Shown here piece after piece: positions 22,787 through 32,909 of a stretch of 64,000 nucleotides of DNA. Source of the DNA: Leucoraja ocellata. Taxonomy: Eukaryota. The notes under the pieces are model-generated. The model saw only the letters and a program-made list of their open reading frames with translations. It did not search any database and was not told the DNA's origin. The stretch's first letter is position 1. Each line of letters starts with the position of its first letter. Location of the stretch: positions 806,001 through 870,000 of the forward strand of contig JAWMAR010000182.1 of assembly GCA_036785375.1 (NCBI GenBank). Reading direction: 5' to 3'. Made by a program: the position numbers and the translations under genes.

Positions 22787-24811
22787 AGGGTGTCTATTTC
22801 AACAGTGTCTTTGGTTTCCCTTTGCTGAACACTTTGGTAAATGTTTTGTTAAATGTATTTTTTTTCTTCAGATCAAATAGGAAATGAAAAAAATACATTC
22901 ATTTCCTATTGACTTTATCCAATATTGTAAAGGTTTTAAGGAGTACCAAGGAGCTGTTAAACCATGGCAAAATAATTACCGTCTACTTTATTCAGAAAGT
23001 ACCGAAGCAAGTAACCTCAGAATCTGCTTAATCAGACCAATCTGAGTTGTGGTCTCAAATAAAAGTCTATATTTCACCCTCTCTTGCAAAAGAATATTAC
23101 ATTGTGCATGGCATGATGTATTAAAAAATCAAGGAACATTGGGTGTACTGATAAACATGAGCCATATTAAAGGAGACCATCTCATTTAATAATAAATGTT
23201 AGATACCCTGGAGACAACTAATTTCATGGTTCATAAAACAACTCCAAACAGTATCTAAAACTTCAAATATGTTACTACAGTCACAATGGCCCATTAGTTT
23301 CCATTGAAATCTTATTTGTTATTTTGACTGTACAAGTCTGAAAAACCAGAGGATTAAATTGCTTTCAAATGCTTTTACGACAAAGGACAAATATTACTGA
23401 ACAAGATAATTCCTCTATAATCAATTTATAGTTGTTAAGCACATTAATATGTAGTAAAAGGATAAACAGTTTGTAAAGGATTCTCTTTGTGCAATTTCAT
23501 TATGATATTTTGTAACTTAATCACTTTAATTATGTTAACAAAGAGAGAGGCTATGTTTGTCTGTGAACTAATGGAGTGTCTTCAGCAAGTATTAATTACT
23601 ATATAATAACGTAATTTTTGAGCTCCTCCTGCAGGATGGAATTGGAGTATTTTGATGACTGACCAAGTGAAACTGAGGTACCGTAAGAATAGTCGGAAGA
23701 AGGTACCCAACTGAAACAATCTCTGACCATTTTCTTCCATAAATGCAGCATGGCCCGCTGAGTTTCTCCAGCGCTTTGTTTTTTTGTCGAGCTTCCAGCA
23801 TCTGAGGATCCTTGTGTCTCCACTGTAAGAAGCGTGTCTGTTTCAAGTACCCAGTAGAATGAATCAGTCAAATCTGCATTATTAAATTAAAGTCTACCAA
23901 GCAAGTAAGATCAAGGTTGTTGGAAAGTAAAGTAATGCAGAAAGATTGGATAACATTAAAATAAAAATAATAACCATTTGTAAAAACTAAATCAGAAAAA
24001 TGGATACATAACTATATTGCTTTTTCTAAAATTTGCATAAATTCTACCCAAATCAGCTCTGAGAATTAAATGCAAATTGTAAAAGATTTGCATAAAAACT
24101 GTAAAAGGTTTTTAAAGTGAGAGGCACATGGGTATGAACGTTTGAACATTAAATGGAAATACTCCGGTTTGTCAGTGCCAGGAAATTACCAATCCTTTTT
24201 ACACGTTTCCACATGTACTCTCTGAATAATGCTTGAGAACTGAGACCATGACTGCTTGTTCCTACAACCTTACCAAATACTCCCATTTGCCTACCAATGA
24301 GTCACAGTCACGACAGGAGCAATAAACATAAATTCTTCCAATTATTTTCATACTGACTATTCCTATGTATTTATTGTGATGTTCAGCCAAAGATTGCAAA
24401 ATACAAAATATTACCATTCTGTGATATCTCTCAATCCATCCCTGCTCATATGGTTGTGATCAGCTTTCATTTCCTTATTTGCATTGCAGTCAAATTTTGT
24501 CCAAACTATCTATAACTACTGAAACCTTTTCAACAGTAGTTCTTTCTGGGTCTTAACTGCAAATTCAGATTCACAGTTAAGGTCCAGAAAGGCCATGAAT
24601 CACAGTTAAACTCTAAGTCACATGTGGTAGCCTTGACACAACAACCACTATGGAATTCTGCTTGAAATGTCTGCAAATTTAGTTGCTACAACCTTGAACA
24701 GTTGTACTCACTGTTGTTGGACTGTGCACTCAAGCTGCCCTAATGGCTGTAAAATATCAACACAGAAGTATTTTGTGTGACAATCTGTTATGTCAGTGAA
24801 TCTGACTAAGC

Positions 24812-25762
24812 TTCTCCGTGGATAGTTACCTTATCGTGGTGGAGAAGCTGGTGTGGTCCTGAGATCCTGAGAGCGATGCCGTCTGGAGCTATGCTCCTGG
24901 TAGGGTCACTCATGGCGGTTAAGGGGCTGTCCCACTGCAACGACCTAATTGGTGAGTTTAGGAGAGTTTTAAAAAATGTCATGTTGAAGACCTCCTTCGA
25001 TTATGTAGAAGCCCTCCTTTGACTATGTTGAAGTCTAGCTTCGACTAGCTTCACTAGCGTCGGGATAATTGGACACCGAATAGTGGAGAGTGCAGACAAA
25101 CTCCTTCGACCTCCCTTCGACTATGTTGAAGACTATCTACGACCACCTTCGACTACCCTCGATTACAGTAGACTACCCTCGATTACCTACGAATAACATG
25201 CCGACCTACTACGATCTACTTCGACTAAACCTACGAGTAAAAAAATATTGATTTTTTTTACTCGCGGGCGTTTTTCAGCGTGTTGAAAAATACGCCGCGA
25301 CCTAGCTGAGTCCTCGAGTACGTAGGGACTACTCTCGAGCATGAAGGAGAGTTACAAAGACCTCCTAGCACCTCGTGTCGACCATTCTGTGAGTATGAGT
25401 CGAGGGCAAACTCTTCTAAACTCGCCAATTAGGTCGCCGCAGTGGGACAACCCATTAAGGTTGAGGGAGAGGCCTCTGACAAAGAGCAATACAACCAAGA
25501 CTACAAAGGTGGAACAGACGGAGGGTGATGGCTGACTTTAGTGGAGCGTCACAACTGCTGTGGAAGTAAGATGAAGACTGCAGCAGAAAAGGGTCCCCGG
25601 TTGTCTTGGATTCCATGCCACTGGATTCTGACCCAGATCTGTCAAAGACCATCTGGTGGCTGTCTGTGCACCAGTCTCCCCACGTTAAACAAAGTCTCGC
25701 ACAGGCGCCCTCCATCAGAGGACAGTCATACTCGTTTCGAGTGACCGCCGATGATGATGATT
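24812..25762 (+). mobile_element. Non-autonomous RTE-derived element (RTE-type 5' region plus (GAT)n tail)
   Basis: TSD TGACTAAGC at 24803-24811 / 25763-25771. The 5' block ccttatcgtggt..gagagcgatgcc..ctcctggtagggtc is shared with the RTE at 44521-45213. Confidence 0.7.
24922..25455. mobile_element. MITE with 48-bp TIRs inserted in the RTE-derived element
   Basis: TIRs at 24922-24969 / 25408-25455 (6 mismatches), TA TSD in a TTAA context. Interior is rich in CTTCGACTA-like subrepeats. Confidence 0.85.
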
Positions 25763-26408
25763 TGACTAAGCAAGTGTAAGCAGATAAGTATCTTGACTTA
25801 GTATCAAACACTCAGTGGCAGCATCAATTCACATATTACAATTCCAAACTTACAAGGTTGGGATGAGTGGTGGGAGCTTTGGGAACCAATCTATCCAGCC
25901 TTGCTTTCAAAATGTTGGACTTTGCAATGGCCCTCAAACTACAGTGCACCAGTGTCTTGTGATGGACAAAATTCTCTGACCATTTCCAGCAATATCGTAA
26001 TTTTACATGCAATTTCAAATGTTAGCTTCGTCATAGTTTTGACTGAAATTGTTCATCTGTCCAAACACAAACCTATCGCTGAGTCAAGATAAAATATAAT
26101 ACCAAACCTGCAAAGCAAGAATAAATTCTTGAAGGGAACAATGTACTCTCAAATTATTTTATCTTGCTTCTGTTTCTTTGCAGGTTTCTGCTATATCTAG
26201 CAGAGACAGATTAAAGTCTCTTCACGTTATTATTTGAAGAAAATGTTTTTCTCCTTTCATAGCACGATTATTTGTAACTATGCCATATGCTTCTTGCCCA
26301 ATTGATAACTGTTTATGACATATTTTAGGCTGTCAAAACCATGCCACTTTCTGTAAACTTCAGAACATTATTTGTTCTAAAGAATATATCCAGTCATTCA
26401 AAATCTCC

Positions 26409-26730
26409 TTAGTTTAGTTTAGAGATACAGCAAGAAACAGGCCCTTTGGCACACCGGGTCCGCGCCGACCAGCGATCCCCGCACATTAACACTATCCTAC
26501 ACCCACTTGGGACAATTTAAACATTTTTCACCAAGCCAATTAACCTACAAACCTGTACGTCTTTGGAGTGTAGGAGGAAACAGAACATATCAGAGAAAAG
26601 CCACGCAGATCACGGGGAGAACATACAAACTTTGTACAGGCATCAAGGGTAGTTGGGTTCGAACCCGGGTCTCTGGAGCTGCATTCACTATAAGGCAGCA
26701 ACTCTACCACTGCGTCACCGTGACCGCCCA
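26409..26730 (-). mobile_element. tRNA-derived V-SINE (HE1-like)
   Basis: Minus strand begins GGGCGGTCACGGTGACGCAGTGGTAGAG (A-box-like), has a B-box GGTTCGAACCC, a V-domain-like core and an (AAACT)n tail. Confidence 0.85.
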
Positions 26731-27224
26731 CACTTTACTGACCTTGTGAGATTGATATCTCCAAAATAGTGTAAGGGTCTATACAAATGCAAATTTATCT
26801 TTTAAGTAGCTTTTTGTTAAATGGAATTGATGACATTTCCATTGCGGTACATCGTCTGACAGATATCTTTTGAAATTTGTGTGATTGTAGAAAGAAGAAA
26901 ACAGACATCCAGTGGAAATTGGTAATCTGTAATTCTGATCCCTACTCTAAAACAAATGATTTATGCACACAAAATGCTGGAGTAACTCAGCAGGTCAGGC
27001 AGCATCTCTGGAGAAAAGCATAGGTGATGTTTTGGGTCAGGACCTTTCTTCAGATATTTGATTTAAGCATTAAATGGGTTACAAATATTGCATCAATAGG
27101 ATCAGATATGATTGGTGCGATGGTATACGTACTCAATTTTGTTCATTCTTTCATGTAATATAGGCTTCCCAGGTAACGTTGACCTTAATTGATGTTTCAT
27201 CCTTAATCACCCATGCAAAGTAAA

Positions 27225-27536
27225 CATGGAAACATAGAAGATATGTGCAGGAGTAGGCCATTCGGCCCTTCGAGCCTGCACCACTATTCAATATGATCAT
27301 GACTGATCATCCAACTCAGTATCCTGTACCTGCCTTCTCTCCATACCCCCTGATCCCTTTAGCCACATGGGAATTCCAGAGATTCACCACTCTCTGTGTG
27401 AAAAATGCTTTTCTCATCTCGGTCCTAAAAGATTTTCCCCTTATCCTTAAACTGTGACCCCTTGTTCTGGACTTCCCCAACATCGGGAACAATCTTCCTG
27501 CATCTAGCCTGTCCAACCCCTTAAGAATTTTGTAAG
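27225..27536 (-). mobile_element. CR1 3' fragment with internal deletion
   Basis: YKILKGLDRLDAGRLFPML...FFTQRVVNLWNS, closely similar to the 5901-6345 copy. Confidence 0.88.
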
Positions 27537-29818
27537 TAATGAACACCCTTGCAATGCATTTGCAAGCTGACATATATATATATCAAATGGATTGATGAAG
27601 CTGATATTAAGCGGGTCTTTCCCTCATCTTAGTAATCTCACCAGCTGCCATGGTCCTTATCTGGTAGCTGAGTCCATCAGACTTGATGAATTAAATCAGT
27701 AGTGGTTCTGTTAAACTACTCTTAGAGGTTAATGTCTCATACGCAGATTCCACGATCTTACTATCTTAACACAATTTTCTTATGGTGTTCAACAATAAAA
27801 GCGTGAATCCATCAGATAAATGAAAGTGATGGCTTGAAATTAGCTTCCATTCTCAGGTTTGACCTGAGATGGTGGACTACATCATGAGTATGTTTAATAA
27901 GCAAGTATTGGCTAGGGTACTACCTGTGCACTGAAGTATTTATGTTATTTGCCAATGTGCAAACACTTTGAATATATCTAAACAACCATTATGCTTTAAA
28001 AACAGTGGGACCACTGTCAGCCAACTTTACACCTCTGGTGTGCTTGTCTACTAGTCTGACAGGATATATACAAGGATGGTGAAGGAATCTGGAATAATGA
28101 ATGCCTTTATGAAGTTACTGCTTGTTTGGCCAGTGGGACAGCTCTCTTAATTTTGGCAAATGCTGGAAAAGGGGATTTCAATGGGTTGAGCTTTGCTCTG
28201 TCACAATTCAATCATGTAGTTTGATCTTAATTTTCTATTATAATTTTTTATTTTTCAAAAGAACTAATGTTGATTTGCGATAACTCAAGTCTTGCAGTCC
28301 ATTTCAGAGATCAAATTACTTTTGATCTAAGGCCATATGTAGGTTTTATTGAGTATAGATAAATTTAATTTCTAAAGAATATTATTGAACCAGTAAATCA
28401 CCTACCTCCCTTTTGAGAAGCTGATTGACCGCTACACAGTCAAAGCATTTTATGTTCTTTAAAGTATATTGTATAGTGTTATTTAAGTTTACATTCATTT
28501 AAATTGTTGTAAGAAGATAGGTTCTCAATTTCAGTGGACACCTCTGAGTGGATACTCAGACACCTCCATTACCGATGCAGTCTAGGAAAGCATTATGTTG
28601 CAGATTCCCGTTATTGGCAATTAAGCATGACAGACTAATTTACTTAACTCAACAATACAAAAATTAAGTGAAAGCACAATTACCATTGTCGAGGATTCCG
28701 TCTCCTTCTTATAATATAAATTCCAATAGATTTTATACCGTCCATTTTTACGTTGATTCATTTGTGGGACAAAGTTGAAAAGCAAGTTTTTTTTATAGTT
28801 TATTTCCAAAGCAAAGGCTTTAAAACCCATTAATTTAATCTGTTAATCTCACAAGTTGATTTTTGAATGAAAATTCATAACACTGTTGGCCTGTTACTTT
28901 GACCTTCAGTCGTGAGCCATTGGAGGCAGTGAACCGTCAGTTTTATCCGTTAGGCTCTGTGAAATTTTAATGAATTCTTGACAGCTGAACTACATAGTGA
29001 GCACACATATTTCACTTGATCTTATCACTTTAATTAAGTAGTTACCAGATCTACTTCCTTCACATTATATGGAAAAATAGACGCCTGGTTCAAATCAAGC
29101 TGCATAAAGGACACTCCAGTGGATCGAAACAATTGTCTGTTACTCTGTAATTTTCTTCTGAAGCTTCCTGAAAACAATAAATATTAAATGGATTTTTTAG
29201 CCTACACCGAACCCCTGGGATGTTTCACTTGAATATGCCAGTGTTGGGTGATGATACTCAAGTAGATTTTACAAAAAGAAAGGTAGCCACAATCAATTCT
29301 CAGCATTGAAATATTTATGTTAGTTCAGAGTGTGTGAGTAGTGGTGCTGCTGATGTGATTGCTGCTGTGAGATAGTCTCATGGTCCCATCTGTGTAAATC
29401 TTATGGCTCTGTACTCTTCAAAATGAGCTAAATTAATATGACTGGAAATGTAATATCAGAGTGAAACATATTACAAAAGAAAATCATTGGACTATTCATC
29501 AGCAGCCATTTCCTGTAAGGAGTTCAATTACACAACTGCAGCGTTTACGTGCAAAGCCTTAAGACAGTGGGACATATACAGAAGGAAAGACATTTAATAG
29601 TAAGATTAAACGAGTACTTACCAGTACGAAGTTTGATCTGTATTTTATGAGGAGTTACGATGAGGGATTACGTGAAGAACCCACCCAGCGCGCAGGCGCG
29701 GCATACTTCCAAGCAGCGGTGTGGAATCACAGATAGACACTAGTTGAAGTAAAGATAGTAAAGACCAACGAGACATTAGTCCGAATTTGATCTATATAAT
29801 GAGGGTGGGAGCGGAGGG

Positions 29819-29931
29819 CACGTAATCCCTCATCGTAACTCCTCATAAAATACAGATCAAACTTCGTACTGGTAAGTACTCGTTTAATCTTACTATTTTA
29901 CTTCGGAGTCACGTGAGTGACTACGTGAAGA
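29819..29931. repeat. DIRS internal complementary region (ICR)
   Basis: 29819-29897 is the exact reverse complement of 29596-29674 (79 bp). 29895-29931 is the exact reverse complement of 40764-40800 (37 bp). The two halves overlap at ATT. Confidence 0.95.
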
Positions 29932-30089
29932 CTTCAAAGGTCTGTGATTTCAAACCGTGTAACAGTTATATCACTCACTGCCGAAAGATCATCGAGGGAG
30001 GAAGTGGTATCTAAAGACCAACAAGTTTGTTTAGTTATAAAAGAAATGTTTATTAACTATAACAAAAAGTAGCTCCCATGGGCTTTAAA

Positions 30090-30701
30090 TCATAACTTTG
30101 CGGTTTCTAAAATGCTATCCGCAAAGACGTCCTGTTCCATCAGCGGTTTTCTGTAGAATCGTTGGAATGTCGATTCCCTTGACCATCCCGCTGCTCTGAG
30201 GATGTGGTCTAGGGGAACCTGCATCCTATCCGCCGCTGAGGTGGACGCTGCCCTGGTTGAATGGGATTTAAAAACATTTGTGTTAATCCCTGCCATGTTG
30301 AGGACCTGTTTCAACCATCTGGATAATGTCTGGCTGGTAACCCGTCCAAAAGGCTTTCTGTGGCTAACCCATAAGGCTTTCTCTCTCCCTCTAAGCGTTT
30401 GGGTAGTGTCTAAATAATGATGAAGGTGGGTCACCACACACAGCCTAGGTTCTGGAGGGTAAGCCCGGAAGATCAACGGGGAGTTTGATGTACCTGGTCT
30501 ACTTTGTTTTACCAACCCCGGCATGGTGAAAGTAATGGTATCTGGGGTGGTCACCATGTAGTTCAGATTTAGCTGATGGAGCGACTGAACCCTTTGAGCT
30601 GAGACAAGCGCCATGAGCATAAGGGTCTTATAAGTGGACTGTTCCAGGCTCAGGGATCCCACCGGAGGCCAACCTCGAAGGTGTGTCAGAACTACACTCA
30701 C
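30090..30701 (-). CDS. DIRS tyrosine recombinase, C-terminal catalytic part (after the L1 insertion)
   Basis: Catalytic residues in AQRVQSL (R), HSTR (HxxR), AGWS (W) and FQRFY (Y). Begins VSVVL, which is the TSD copy. Confidence 0.92.
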   Translation of the reverse strand: MSVVLTHLRGWPPVGSLSLEQSTYKTLMLMALVSAQRVQSLHQLNLNYMVTTPDTITFTMPGLVKQSRPGTSNSPLIFRAYPPEPRLCVVTHLHHYLDTTQTLRGREKALWVSHRKPFGRVTSQTLSRWLKQVLNMAGINTNVFKSHSTRAASTSAADRMQVPLDHILRAAGWSRESTFQRFYRKPLMEQDVFADSILETAKL

Positions 30702-30852
30702 GACTTCCGGTGGCGCTATGGAGACCTAAAGTCCAGCGCCAACCAGCTCCGACTCGAGGAAGGGAAAAAACGGGAGAAAACGGGACCTACCTGCAGCGAT
30801 CGTAATCTGAAACGGCAGCCTGCGTGACGTCATCAGGCCTGCGACTCAAGAT

Positions 30853-31866
30853 ATGTCGATACAACACTCCCCCCCCCGTGGAAGAAGAACGGGTAAAGGA
30901 AGATCCCAGACGGAAGAAGAAGGCCCTACAGAAGCCTCGGCCTCAGTTACAGTGATGGCCCAAGAAGAATTTCCAAAGAAACCCAAAGGGAGAAAATCGG
31001 AAATGGATGATCTGAGAATCTTTTTGGCTGCTGAACTGAAGATTTTTGGAGAGAAATTAGACACCTTCAAGGTAGATCTTAAAGCAGAAATACACACCAC
31101 AGTTGAACAAATGTTTGAAAACTGGAAGCGGACGAGGGAGGAAGAGGTCAAAAACCAGATGGAAGAGATGGAAACTAGACTCGTTTCGTTGGAAACAAAG
31201 GCTCAAACAGAGATGGACCCTATCCGCCACGAACTTAATCAACACAGAATAGCGATAACCGAGCTTGAGAAATGTGCGGCGACAAGTGCAGAAACAGTAA
31301 GTCAGCTTCTTATTGAAAACCAACGTCTCACAAGTATGGTGAGCAAACTAAATGATAAATGTATTGATCTGGAAGGGCGTCAAAGACGTAAGAATCTAAG
31401 AATTGTAGGGGTGAAAGAAGGAAGCGAGAGGGAAATGGGCACTCGGGATTTCGTGGCAGACCTTCTACATAAAGTCTTAAAACTGGAACACAAACCTCTA
31501 CTCGGTCGTGCCCATAGAGCACAGCGACGTCGGACGCAAGAGGTTGCCCACCCAAGACAAATAATTGTAAAAGTCCTACAAGATCATGAATTTGATGAGA
31601 TAATGAAGAAAAGTGTTCGGAGCGGTCAACTTCTTTTTGAAGGCGTGAGATTTAGCATATACCGAGATTACTCGACAGAGGTCTTCAAGAAAAGAATGCT
31701 GTTCAATGAGACCAAAAGAATATTGAAGAGTGTACCGGATTTGAAATACAGCCTACTCTATCCCGCAAGACTAAGAGTCACCTACAATTCCAATGAGTTA
31801 TTTTTTACAGACCATGAAAAAGCACTCGAATTCGCCAAGAAAGTCGGTAACACACCTCCAGACTGA
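30853..31866 (+). CDS. L1 ORF1p (coiled coil plus RRM/CTD, transposase_22-like)
   Basis: 337 aa: heptad-rich N-half, DLEGRQRRKNLRIVGVKEG, RAHR, PRQIIVK, IYRDYS, LLYPARL. Confidence 0.92.
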   Translation: MSIQHSPPRGRRTGKGRSQTEEEGPTEASASVTVMAQEEFPKKPKGRKSEMDDLRIFLAAELKIFGEKLDTFKVDLKAEIHTTVEQMFENWKRTREEEVKNQMEEMETRLVSLETKAQTEMDPIRHELNQHRIAITELEKCAATSAETVSQLLIENQRLTSMVSKLNDKCIDLEGRQRRKNLRIVGVKEGSEREMGTRDFVADLLHKVLKLEHKPLLGRAHRAQRRRTQEVAHPRQIIVKVLQDHEFDEIMKKSVRSGQLLFEGVRFSIYRDYSTEVFKKRMLFNETKRILKSVPDLKYSLLYPARLRVTYNSNELFFTDHEKALEFAKKVGNTPPD

Positions 31867-32909
31867 AGAATCTACATCACTCCTTAGGAGACATGGTCTT
31901 CGATGACCGCCAGATCTAAAAGGACCTTTAAAATTTGTTCAAGAACTTTAAAGACACTTGGAAACCGAAAATGATGGAGGACATTGGATAAAAACTGCGA
32001 TCTTTCGAGGGTTTCTCCCTCTTTTTTCTCTTTTTTTGTTTGGGCTCTTCAACGGTTACTAATCACTGCTATTATATATAAATTCATATTAAACTATATA
32101 GGTAACAACTAATACTTATTAAATATCTTTATTTCCACTAATATTATTAACATTATTAATTCTTATATAAGTTAATACGGTATAAGATGGATAACAATGA
32201 TCAACACTTAATAGTCTTTGATAAATGAAGAAAGGAATTATATAATATAGTACATAGAAAGATATGTTAGAGGTAAATTAACCTATATCATAACTAAGAT
32301 AGACGGATTTCCTTTTCTTTTTTTCGCTCTATTTTTCAATTTAAAATCATTTTGGTGGCTTGAACCTTTTTACAGGGTTACGTGTTGATACTAATAGGCA
32401 TGTGGGTATGTATACATATACATATAAGCGTATACGTAGGTAGGAGCATATATATTGTGTGGGTAGAAGTATGACTAGGTAAATAAATTTGATACTCCCA
32501 TAAGAAGTTTATTGAATGTTAAATATAATTTCCTCCCCCTTTTTCCCTTTTTTTTTTTTTTTTTTTTTTTCCTTTCCTCTTCCTCGGGCACGGAGCTGGG
32601 AATTTTTTCGTTTTACAAAGGCTACGGAAGTCCTTAGAATTCTAGCCACGTTAGTGTGGCTATCACTAACTACACCAATTGTAGATGTAGTTCTTTTTTC
32701 CTCACCCTACACTAACCAACCCTATCACTTTTCTTTCTTCAAATATTTTTCTAACTCAAGGTTTGAATGGAAAAACAAGACCAAGGCAAGGAGATATGAT
32801 CGGAAGAATGATGTATTCGAATTTAAATTCATCTATCTGAGGTTTGGGAGCAGGGTCAGATTCTATGTGTTGTCCCTTCTGCCCGGTTATAGACCACCTC
32901 AGATGCAAT

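Noticed and set aside
26640-26730. Possible tRNA gene (A/B boxes)
   Set aside because: It is the head of a SINE, continuous with the V-domain-like core and tail; no complete cloverleaf.
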